The notes under the pieces: model-generated
The model's database searches: none
The model's input: only the letters and a program-made list of their open reading frames with translations
What the model was told of the DNA's origin: nothing
Assembly (NCBI GenBank): GCA_910577885.1
Contig: CAJTNK010000002.1
Location: 21,580-85,579, forward strand
From: an uncultured Rikenella sp.
GTDB lineage: Bacteria > Bacteroidota > Bacteroidia > Bacteroidales > Rikenellaceae
Direction: 5' to 3'
DNA length: 64,000 bases
Part shown: piece after piece, positions 16,694-24,649 of the stretch
Layout: each line of letters begins with the position of its first letter
How positions within the stretch are numbered: position 1 is the first letter of the stretch
Position numbers and translations under genes: made by a program

Positions 16694-17692
16694 CTACGAT
16701 TGAACTATTTTTCTGACCGAAATGTCCGTTGTGTATCCACTGGCCGGATCTACGGTGTGGGTGCTTTGAGCGATGTGCCATTTCCCCGAAAATTCCCCCA
16801 CGCCGGTCAGTTCGATATTGACCCCGGCGACCAGCCGACAATTCCCCGGCAGGGTGATCGTTCCGGTTACCTTGTCTTTGTTTTTCTTCTTCAAAGCCCC
16901 TTTGGCCTTTGCCTGGGCCTGGCCGTCGTTTTCGACCCGCCCGCCGACAATCAACGTGTCTTTCTTGGCCAGATCGCCGGACGGTTTGATCTGCCATTTC
17001 TTGACCGTATTGGATCGTACGTCGCGCGTGGCCACCGTTGCCGCCGCATAGACCTGCGATGTCTTGTCCTGGAACCGGGCCTTGCTCATCTGAGTCTTAT
17101 CAACCGTCATAACCGTCGGCTTCTCCTCCAATTCATCGGTCGTCATAAATACCAGCTGCTGACCTCGCACCGAGAAAACCAATCCGTATTCCTTGGCCAG
17201 TTTCGCCAGGAACGAAATATCCGTTTCTTTGTCCTGGGTTTTCCGCTTGATCTGAATCTTGGCCAACTCACCCAAATTACCAGTCAGTTTCAAGTCGTGT
17301 TTGTCAGCAAAATACTGGGCGATCTTTTTCAAAGACTGCTTTTCAAACGCTTTGCTGTTCTTGGTTCGCAGACTCTTGGTGATGGCCGCCCCGATGGCTT
17401 TTACGTTGAACGTGTCCGGCGGAAATTCAAACTCGATTTGGTCGATCTCGAACAAACCGCAATCCACCATGTTCCCCGGCGTTCCCAAGCGAATGGACAG
17501 GCTATCGCCCTGTTGGGGATACCATGCTTTCTGCCACAGGGCCGCCGTGTCCTCGAAAGTCAGCGAAACATCGTCGCTCTCATCCTCCACCCGGTCCGTG
17601 TATGTGATCTTTGCGATGTAAGGGCTTACATCGCCGGTGATATTCCGCCCGGCGATCGTGATCTCAACAGCTATTTTACCGATTGTTTCCAA
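16694..17692 (-). CDS. late control D / tail protein gpD-like (332 aa)
   Basis: The pattern VEITIAGRNITGDVSPYIAKITYTDRVEDESDDVSLTFED...GLFEIDQIEF is typical of the Phage_GPD family. Sits between gpX and gpV. Confidence 0.8.
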   Translation of the reverse strand: METIGKIAVEITIAGRNITGDVSPYIAKITYTDRVEDESDDVSLTFEDTAALWQKAWYPQQGDSLSIRLGTPGNMVDCGLFEIDQIEFEFPPDTFNVKAIGAAITKSLRTKNSKAFEKQSLKKIAQYFADKHDLKLTGNLGELAKIQIKRKTQDKETDISFLAKLAKEYGLVFSVRGQQLVFMTTDELEEKPTVMTVDKTQMSKARFQDKTSQVYAAATVATRDVRSNTVKKWQIKPSGDLAKKDTLIVGGRVENDGQAQAKAKGALKKKNKDKVTGTITLPGNCRLVAGVNIELTGVGEFSGKWHIAQSTHTVDPASGYTTDISVRKIVQS

Positions 17693-17895
17693 GGCGGCAA
17701 ATTATCATTCGTTTCTATTTCCATATTTTCCACAATGGGAACGACCAACACCGTTCCCATCGGAAACACGGCATCGAGCGGCACGGCCGGATTGGCATCC
17801 GCCAGGACGGCGATCCCGGCCATGCTGCCGTAAAACTTGGCGGCCAGTGTGTCGATGCGGTCTCCCTCAACAGTCGTGTAATTGAAACTCGCCAT
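17671..17895 (-). CDS. tail protein X (P2 gpX, LysM-like, 74 aa)
   Basis: YTTVEGDRIDTLAAKFYG...ILADANPAVP...GTVLVVP matches the gpX pattern. Confidence 0.8.
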   Translation of the reverse strand: MASFNYTTVEGDRIDTLAAKFYGSMAGIAVLADANPAVPLDAVFPMGTVLVVPIVENMEIETNDNLPPWKQSVK

Positions 17896-17896
17896 C

Positions 17897-18772
17897 TCAG
17901 TTTCCCCCCTCTTTTGTAGCGGAAAACGCCGCCACCGGTGCGGCCGAAATCCCGACCTTTTCAGCCGCCGCGGCCATTCCGTCGATATTCAGTTGCACGA
18001 CCGACATATCGGCCACGTCATCCAATTTCAACAGGTTTTCGGCGTATCGGATGGCTTCGTCCAGCGAGGTCGGCAGCTGTTTAGCCCGCTGGATGATTTT
18101 CTTGGTGTTCTCGACCTTCGTTTTGGCAGAGCTATACGCCTGCTTCACCTCGTCGGCCAGCCGCCGGACATCCCGCACCCCGCGTTTTACCTGCGCGGTT
18201 CCCTTTTTTATCTTTTGTCCCACCTCTTTCATCTTGGCCACCGCGTTCCGCCCGGCACTCACATCCGCGGTAATACCGTCGGCCGGAGTCTCTACGGGCG
18301 CGGCCGGAGGTTGTGCGGCTGGAGGTTGCGTGATGGCCTTTGACGCGGTTGTCGAGTCGTTGTCGATGACGGCGATTCCTTTCGGTTCCGGCTCATCGCC
18401 CCCGGCAGATTCCACCAAATCGACCGAAACGCTGGCGGTTTCCAGCTCCCCGGTCGGCGAATACCGCTGCGGGGTTACGTCTACCGTGGTTATGACGTAT
18501 TTCCCCACCACCGTACCGTCGCCCATGATGAACGGCAGCACTTCGGCCGCTGTCATCGACTTTCGCAGGGCTTCGATCTCTTCGACCGGGTCGCAGAAAT
18601 CGATCGAAAGGAGCAACGAAAGGCGGATTTCGGCCAGCTCCTTGCCAGTGAATTGAAGAGCGTCTTTCCCGTTCACCAGGGCGATGCGGCCATAGCGTAC
18701 ACCGCGGTTATCGGATAACGATCCGGGCGACTTCAGCCCCTCGAACGTATGATTACCCAGCTGTGCAAACAT
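17897..18772 (-). CDS. gpU-like tail protein with extended C-terminus (291 aa)
   Basis: N-terminal 125 aa (ALQFTGKELAEIRLSLLL...EALRKSMTAAEVLPFIMGDGTVVGKYVITTVDV) follows the P2 GpU pattern. The C-terminal ~150 aa are extra (A/P-rich linker + helical). Confidence 0.6.
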   Translation of the reverse strand: MFAQLGNHTFEGLKSPGSLSDNRGVRYGRIALVNGKDALQFTGKELAEIRLSLLLSIDFCDPVEEIEALRKSMTAAEVLPFIMGDGTVVGKYVITTVDVTPQRYSPTGELETASVSVDLVESAGGDEPEPKGIAVIDNDSTTASKAITQPPAAQPPAAPVETPADGITADVSAGRNAVAKMKEVGQKIKKGTAQVKRGVRDVRRLADEVKQAYSSAKTKVENTKKIIQRAKQLPTSLDEAIRYAENLLKLDDVADMSVVQLNIDGMAAAAEKVGISAAPVAAFSATKEGGN

Positions 18773-18774
18773 AG

Positions 18775-21021
18775 CTATGCGAATGAAAGCCGGGTGCGGT
18801 TCGCCGCGGCGCGTTCGACAATCTCCAGGATGTCCCGTTCGTGCTCTTTCAGCAACTTGCGCAAATCCGTCTCGACACTCCCCGCGACCCCGGCCGCAAC
18901 CGTGATCTGCGGCGCATAGGTGATCGATGTTCCGCCGATGGTGTTGGCAATTTGTGATGTCGGGGTAGTAGCCGCTCGGTTCCCGGCGGCCATTTCCCGG
19001 TTCACCTGACCGATTCGGCCCCCGCCGCCCCCCTCGGTCTCGATCGACCGACTGAATCCGCGGTTGGCGTGTTCGGCCATCCGAGTCGTCGAACGCTCTA
19101 CCTTTCCTGTTCCGCCGTCAATCCCGACAGTCAGACCGGCCGTAATATTCGCACCGTATTCCGCGAACAACTTGGAGGGCGAATGAATGCCGAAAAACGA
19201 TTTGAACCCGTTGGCGATCTTCCGTCCGATGTTTTTGATTCCGTCGATTGCTTTTTGGGCCATCCCAGTGATCCCATCGATCAGCCCTTGGATGATCTGT
19301 CTGCCCCACTGTTTGAAGCGTTGCCAAAGACCGGAAAAGAACTCTGAAATACCACTCCACATGTCGGAGAGCCACTCCACGGGATTCATCTCGGAGAAAA
19401 ACCCTTTGATTCCGTCCCATGCGCCGACAAACACCCCCTTGACACCGTCCCATAGCCCAGAGAACCAGCCTTTGATCTTGTCCCAGTGTTTGATGACCAG
19501 CCCAACCGGCGTGTAGTTCAAAAACATCTTCTTGATCCACTCCCACACGGACCGGAAGACGTTCTTGACCCCCTCCCATAGCTTCGAGAACCAGGCTTTG
19601 ATCTTGTCCCAATGTTTGATGACCAACCCAGCCGGGGTATAGTTCAAAAACATTTTCTTGATCCACTCCCATGCGCTCCGGAAAACGTTCTTGACTCCCT
19701 CCCACAGCTTCGAGAACCAGCCTTTGATTTTGTCCCAGTGTTTGATAACCAGGCCGACCGGGGTGTAATTCAGGAACATGTTTTTGATCCATTCCCATAC
19801 GACTGCGAATATCTTTTTGATACCGTCCCACAGCCGTTTGAAAAAGGCCGAAACCTTATCCCAGTGTTTCACCAGCAGTACGACCGCAGCAATGACGGCC
19901 GCAATGGCGGCGATGATCCAAACAATCGGACAAGCGAACAGAGCTGAATTGAACAACCATTGCGCCGCCGCAGCCAACTTTTGCCAAATCACCATTCCGG
20001 CGTATTGCAAGCGGAATAACAACATGCTGTTTTTAGCGGCCAGTATGATTTTCTTTCCCGCCGAAAAAACGCCCATCAAACCGCCAAACACCCGCCTTAC
20101 CTTACCAACAACGGAAAGAATAGTACCAAAAATGAGCGACAACGCCCCCAACCCGAGCAGTAACGCGCTACCTCGTGCAGCTACTTTGCCAATGGTCGAT
20201 GCCAATTCCGGATTGGCTTTGAGCCAATCACCGACCTTGCCGATAACACCACTCACCCAGTCTTTCATCTCGGAAAGCACGGGAATCAATGCCGAACCCA
20301 ACTGCAACATGACCCCTTGGGCCTGTAATTTCACGGCGTCCAACGACTTTCCGAACTCATCGGCGGCGGTTAATGTCTCGTTCGCCAACACGTTTCCGGT
20401 CTCTTCTGCGGTTCTATACAGCCCTTGCAAACCATTCCGGCCCTCGTTCAGCATAGGCAACAGTTCCGCACCGGATTTGCCGAAAAAGGCGCAAGCAGCC
20501 GCCGTTTTGGTCGCGCCGTCCTCCACATTAGCAAGCAGCTCGGCCACATCTTCAAATACCGCTTCGGGCGCGCGCATCTTGCCGCTCGCATCCTTGATGC
20601 TAATCCCTAAATCTTTGAATATCTGCCCGGCTGTTTTCGATCCTCCGGCGGCGTCGGTCAACACCTTGTCGAACTTGACCATCGAAGTCATTAACTTCTC
20701 CTGCTCGATACCCGATATTTTCGCGGCATAGGTCATCTTTTGCCACGCTTCGGTGTTTACCCCCGTCGAGTCGGAAGCATCTTTGACCGATCCGGCATAG
20801 TCGGCGATCGACTTGCCCGCGCTGAATACCGCTCCGCCGACCGCAGCCCCGGCACCCATAATCAGGGCGCCGCCTTTCACCATGCCGCGACCAACTTTTG
20901 ACGCGTTCCGCTCGAAAGCCGACAGTTTGTCCGTGGATTTCTTTACCGCCGCGTCGATAACACGGCTCATCTTGTCCGTTGCGGACAAGATGAACGCTAA
21001 TCGCAGTGCATTATCAGCCAT
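18775..21021 (-). CDS. tail tape measure protein (748 aa)
   Basis: Size, position after the chaperone gene, helical N-terminus, TM-like central segments, and W-rich 42-aa tandem repeats. Confidence 0.85.
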   Translation of the reverse strand: MADNALRLAFILSATDKMSRVIDAAVKKSTDKLSAFERNASKVGRGMVKGGALIMGAGAAVGGAVFSAGKSIADYAGSVKDASDSTGVNTEAWQKMTYAAKISGIEQEKLMTSMVKFDKVLTDAAGGSKTAGQIFKDLGISIKDASGKMRAPEAVFEDVAELLANVEDGATKTAAACAFFGKSGAELLPMLNEGRNGLQGLYRTAEETGNVLANETLTAADEFGKSLDAVKLQAQGVMLQLGSALIPVLSEMKDWVSGVIGKVGDWLKANPELASTIGKVAARGSALLLGLGALSLIFGTILSVVGKVRRVFGGLMGVFSAGKKIILAAKNSMLLFRLQYAGMVIWQKLAAAAQWLFNSALFACPIVWIIAAIAAVIAAVVLLVKHWDKVSAFFKRLWDGIKKIFAVVWEWIKNMFLNYTPVGLVIKHWDKIKGWFSKLWEGVKNVFRSAWEWIKKMFLNYTPAGLVIKHWDKIKAWFSKLWEGVKNVFRSVWEWIKKMFLNYTPVGLVIKHWDKIKGWFSGLWDGVKGVFVGAWDGIKGFFSEMNPVEWLSDMWSGISEFFSGLWQRFKQWGRQIIQGLIDGITGMAQKAIDGIKNIGRKIANGFKSFFGIHSPSKLFAEYGANITAGLTVGIDGGTGKVERSTTRMAEHANRGFSRSIETEGGGGGRIGQVNREMAAGNRAATTPTSQIANTIGGTSITYAPQITVAAGVAGSVETDLRKLLKEHERDILEIVERAAANRTRLSFA
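19402..19869 (-). repeat. 3.7 tandem 126-nt coding repeats in the tape measure gene
   Basis: KHWDKI-x-x-WF-x-x-LWEGVKNVFRS-x-WEWIKKMFLNYTP-x-GLVI starts at aa 385, 427, 469 and 511 (the last copy is partial). Confidence 0.75.
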
Positions 21022-21027
21022 AGTTAT

Positions 21028-21479
21028 CTACTTTTCGATCCCCGCCAGCACTACCCGGCGGGGGTTATCGGTCTCTTGCCGGTATAACTCTATCGCTTCG
21101 TCCAGATAATCGAAAAAATCGTCCGTATCCAGATCCAAAATGTCATTCAGCCCGCTCCCGGTGAAGTGCGCCAGAAAGACGACGTCGGCGCGGGCTATTC
21201 CCCGTTTTTTTCGTTGACATCGTTGGCAAATTGGACGATCTGTTCCACCTCTCCGTCCGTGAAACCGTCCAACAAGTCGTCATATACGACCGTCGCGCCG
21301 TTCACCAAAATTTTTGCCGCCGTGATGTGAATCCCCCGTTCCATGTCCGACATCTTCTTGTCGTTGGCAATCGCCATCATTTTACGGGCCGGTATCCCGA
21401 CGACGTCGATCCGGGTGCCGTCGGGCAAATTCATCGTCTTCCGGACCGACAGGTCCGGTTTTCTGTTCAGTGCTTCCAT
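21028..21479 (-). CDS. tail assembly chaperone, predicted -1 frameshift fusion product (gpGT / E+E' analogue, ~149 aa)
   Basis: After a -1 slip on A AAA AAC, the -1 frame stays open for 58 codons (RGIARADVVFLAHFTGSGLNDILDLDTDDFFDYLDEAIELYRQETDNPRRVVLAGIEK). It stops 6 nt before the tape measure ATG. Confidence 0.55.
21195..21479 (-). CDS. tail assembly chaperone, frame-0 product (gpG / P2 gpE analogue, 94 aa)
   Basis: Small acidic ORF between the tube and tape measure genes. Ends ...NDVNEKNGE, with the slippery run inside the last codons. Confidence 0.65.
   Translation of the reverse strand: MEALNRKPDLSVRKTMNLPDGTRIDVVGIPARKMMAIANDKKMSDMERGIHITAAKILVNGATVVYDDLLDGFTDGEVEQIVQFANDVNEKNGE
21204..21210 (-). 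other. slippery heptamer A AAA AAC (programmed -1 frameshift site)
   Basis: Minus strand reads GTC AAC GAA AAA AAC GGG GAA TAG. X XXY YYZ is satisfied in frame 0. Confidence 0.55.
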
Positions 21480-21481
21480 GT

Positions 21482-21994
21482 TTAAATCCCCAAATTTTGA
21501 CGGCGTTCGGCAAGTAAGTCTTCACCGTCCACCTTGTAAATATTGTTCATCACGTCCAGTTCGACGATGGTTTCGCCATCGACCTCCTCTTTGTAGTAGA
21601 GGATGGAAAACGTGCTTTCGACCTCGGTATCCTCTCCTTTCTTGTAGCCGCCGCCCGGATGTTGCTTCGGATACCCCTTCATGTAGATGACAATAGGCGT
21701 TTCGGCCGTGATGCCGCCCGTGTCGTACTGGGCCTTGCTGGACCGCACCATAATGTCCACCGGCTTCAGGAAATTGGCACACGCTTTTTTGGCCTCGTTG
21801 TCCGGATAGGTCCACTTGATCGAAGCCTCCATCTTGTCGAACCCGTTGAAGAACTCCACGGAACCGACCATACCCAACGCTTTATATTCCGCCATCAAGG
21901 CGGCGATATTGGGGCATGTGATTTCCGATGCCAGCCCGTGTTTGCTGGCGTTGTTCAGATAGACATTCGCATCGAATACTTTGTTTACTTTCAT
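21482..21994 (-). CDS. major tail tube protein (P2 FII-like, 170 aa)
   Basis: MKVNKVFDANVYLNNASKHGLASEITCPNIAALMAEYKALGMVGSVEFFNGFDKMEASIKW follows the Phage_tube pattern. Start at the internal Met of track ORF 21482..22144. Confidence 0.8.
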   Translation of the reverse strand: MKVNKVFDANVYLNNASKHGLASEITCPNIAALMAEYKALGMVGSVEFFNGFDKMEASIKWTYPDNEAKKACANFLKPVDIMVRSSKAQYDTGGITAETPIVIYMKGYPKQHPGGGYKKGEDTEVESTFSILYYKEEVDGETIVELDVMNNIYKVDGEDLLAERRQNLGI

Positions 21995-21996
21995 GG

Positions 21997-23199
21997 TTAT
22001 GCAATGGTTGAAAGATTGGACAGGTCGATTTTGTACCGGAAGGTCAGCCGCTGCATCGGCAGGGCCGGGGTGAACTCGATGTCGAATGTCAGATGCCCCA
22101 ATGCCAACTCGCTGGCCGGATTGCTTTCGGCCCGGTAGTAACACTGTCCGGCGACGATCTTACCTTGTGCCACCAGGCCGTTCAGGTATTGATTGACGGT
22201 GTTACGGATCGCATCGACATTGGCCTGAATGAACGGTTTGTCGATGTACGGAATACACGCCTGCTCGATGGTGCGTTTCATGATGGCCCGTGTGCGGCGG
22301 ACGCACTCGAAAGCCTCCGTGTTGGTATTGCCCGGAAAACCGGTCGTGTAGTTCCCCCATTCGACAATGCCGTTTCCGAACAGGTTGACGGCGGTAGTGA
22401 TCCCCGCAGCGTTGAGCAAGTTTACCTCGCAAGTCGTGTCGCCCAGGGCGAACGTCAGTGCCACATCCGTCCCCTCGACCCCTGCGATTTGGTGGTTGGA
22501 GGACGAAACGTGCCAACCCTCCTCCAAATCGACTTTGGCCCGCAGACCGGCGGCATAAGCCGACATCGGAATGTTCAAATACTTATCCCCCGGCTCTTCC
22601 GCATCGGGGTTGTAATCGGGGTTAGCCACCAGGAAATGCGGGAAGAGCAATTTGGCCCCCTCGTCGAGCCGCGCAAACTCGCCGCTCGTGCCGCGGGATT
22701 CAAGGGCTTGGGAAAAGGTATAACCGTCCGGGGTGTCGATGTAGGCAACCGCTTCGGTCTTGTTGGTAATCACCACCAGTTCCGAGGCCACTGCGCTAAG
22801 AGCCGAATACCGCGGCGCGATGTAAATCATCGGTTCGAAACCGAAGCGGGGAAGGGCCGTTTCAAACAGTTTCAGCCCCGTACGGTTGCCCACCTCGTCC
22901 ACCGTGCCGATGATGTCGGCGGGGGTAATCTCCTCGGTGTCGGCCTTGACTTTGATAACCAATACCAGGGCACTCCCGCGGGAGCTGCTTTGTTTGCGGA
23001 TCGCGGCCAAGGCTTCCGGGATGGTACCGGCGGTACCGAATTGTGCATCGTCCTTTTCGGAGATACACAAGGTCAGTTCATTCACCGGCCCTTTGTCGGC
23101 TGTACCTACCAAACCGATGACCGCCGTTACCACGTCGTTGACGGGCGTAGAGTCGGCGGCAAGGTTCAGATGTTCGATGCCGTGCAGAAAACTACTCAT
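21997..23199 (-). CDS. contractile tail sheath protein (P2 FI-like, 400 aa)
   Basis: MSSFLHGIEHLNLAADSTPVNDVVTAVIGLVGTADKG is a typical sheath N-terminus. Size and position upstream of the tube gene fit. Start at internal Met. Confidence 0.85.
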   Translation of the reverse strand: MSSFLHGIEHLNLAADSTPVNDVVTAVIGLVGTADKGPVNELTLCISEKDDAQFGTAGTIPEALAAIRKQSSSRGSALVLVIKVKADTEEITPADIIGTVDEVGNRTGLKLFETALPRFGFEPMIYIAPRYSALSAVASELVVITNKTEAVAYIDTPDGYTFSQALESRGTSGEFARLDEGAKLLFPHFLVANPDYNPDAEEPGDKYLNIPMSAYAAGLRAKVDLEEGWHVSSSNHQIAGVEGTDVALTFALGDTTCEVNLLNAAGITTAVNLFGNGIVEWGNYTTGFPGNTNTEAFECVRRTRAIMKRTIEQACIPYIDKPFIQANVDAIRNTVNQYLNGLVAQGKIVAGQCYYRAESNPASELALGHLTFDIEFTPALPMQRLTFRYKIDLSNLSTIA

Positions 23200-23230
23200 G
23201 TCGTGTTTTTTGTGCCGTTTCCGGCGGTTG

Positions 23231-23422
23231 TTATTTCTTTGATTTGTGCGACCTGGCGGCTTCAACCTCTCGGATTTGTTTGCGGGCCAACATGGCCCGC
23301 ACGGCGACATGTTCTTCCGGCAACTCGACGACGTCGCCCCGTTTCAGCGTGTAATCCTGGGTGCCGTTTTCGCCGTGGAGGCCGAATACCAAGACCGGCG
23401 CAAGTACTTCGTATGATCTCAT
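23231..23422 (-). CDS. hypothetical small phage protein (63 aa)
   Basis: Same-strand ORF directly upstream of the sheath gene. No motif recognised. Confidence 0.4.
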   Translation of the reverse strand: MRSYEVLAPVLVFGLHGENGTQDYTLKRGDVVELPEEHVAVRAMLARKQIREVEAARSHKSKK

Positions 23423-23890
23423 GGTTCGTTGTTTTGAATCGTTATTCGTTTGATCCGTCCGACCGTTTCCGTCTCGTCCGGGTCGGCCTCGACCCGGTAG
23501 GTGTCGAACGAAAAGGTCAGGGCGTATTGCCAGTTATTCTGTATTCCGGCCACGTACCCAAACTGACTGAATGCGATCGGCGTAACGGCGTCCGGTAACT
23601 TGCGCCCCAAAAAGCCGCTCGCTTATCTTACCGTACAGGTCGAATATGCCCAGTCGTCCCCGACGGGTTTTCGCCCGGATGAAGACTTCGCATTGCAGGG
23701 TTTCCCGCTGGGCGGTCATCCCCATGTTCTCGGGTTCGCCGAAGTTGCCGCCATTGATAATGACATACAGCTGTGGCCGGGCCGTCGCACGCATCTCGAC
23801 CAATGCCGCCTCGTGCGGCAGGACCGAAACCGAAACGCCCGGTATGGCCAGCAGGTTGACAATCGCGTCTTCGTATTGTTCGTAAGTCAT
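23419..23890 (-). pseudogene. DUF1834 / Mu gp37-like tail-completion gene split by a 1-nt frameshift in a T5G4 run
   Basis: The N-terminal part (23534..23890, MTYEQYEDAIVNLL...ISERLFG) and the C-terminal part (23419..23610, track start is TTG; ..GRKLPDAVTPIAFSQFGYVAGIQNNWQYALTFSF) overlap. They join into one domain-sized protein if one base is removed from CTTTTTGGGGCG (23603-23614). Confidence 0.4.
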
Positions 23891-24243
23891 GCTTGCAGTT
23901 CGTCTACCGGTTCCAGATGGGCAACGAGCGTATTGCCGTCGAACCTCGTTTCGATGCTTTGCACCGAATATTTTACGCCGCGGATAATCAAGCACGCCTC
24001 TCCGCCGGAATCGACGACCTGTCGCAACCCGTCGAACGTCCCGGTGTAATACTCCGCCGTTGCCGTACTGGGCCGGTATTCATACCGTTCGGTGTCGCCG
24101 ATCTGTACCGGCTCGGTCGGATTCTTAAACAGGACTCGCCCCGGTATCTTTTTAGATTTTGACGCCGGCCAAACAGCGTCCTCACCGAGAAGGTTGGAAA
24201 TCTGCGAAAACGTCTGCTCGGCCAGCTCGTCAAAATCACTCAT
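23887..24243 (-). CDS. head-tail joining protein, lambda gpFII-like (118 aa)
   Basis: MSDFDELAEQTF... parallels the lambda FII start MADFDNLFDAAI, with the same length class (117-118 aa). Positioned after the capsid/decoration genes. Confidence 0.55.
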   Translation of the reverse strand: MSDFDELAEQTFSQISNLLGEDAVWPASKSKKIPGRVLFKNPTEPVQIGDTERYEYRPSTATAEYYTGTFDGLRQVVDSGGEACLIIRGVKYSVQSIETRFDGNTLVAHLEPVDELQA

Positions 24244-24244
24244 C

Positions 24245-24577
24245 TCAGCTCCTCAGTTTTACCACAACAGTTGCGTCACCGGCTGCCGCCGCGGCCCATA
24301 CGTAGCCAATGAACGTATTGCCGGTGTCGGTCCCGACAATCGTTTTGCCGGTCTCTTCGGAGACGTTCACGTACGCTTTCACGCCTTGCGCCAGCGCGCC
24401 GGATCCTTTCGGCAGCTCGTACACGCCTTCGACGGCCAAAGCAATCGTATCGCCGGTTTTTCCACCCGTGACGGCCACGCCGGCCATGTCGCCGACAACC
24501 ACGATTTCACCGCTTTCAACGGCCTCTTCCGTCAGGGTATAGTCAATGGTTTTACCCTCTTCGATCAAATTTCTCAT
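24245..24577 (-). CDS. DUF2190-family capsid decoration/cement protein (110 aa)
   Basis: The pattern GEIVVVGDMAGVAVTGGKTGDTIALAVEGVYELPKGSGALAQGVKAY is characteristic of DUF2190. Confidence 0.7.
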   Translation of the reverse strand: MRNLIEEGKTIDYTLTEEAVESGEIVVVGDMAGVAVTGGKTGDTIALAVEGVYELPKGSGALAQGVKAYVNVSEETGKTIVGTDTGNTFIGYVWAAAAAGDATVVVKLRS

Positions 24578-24649
24578 GTTTTTTCGTTGTTAGGTTGTGA
24601 AATGGAGCGGGGAGTTGTTCCCCGCTCGTTTCGTCCACGGTGGCCGGGG

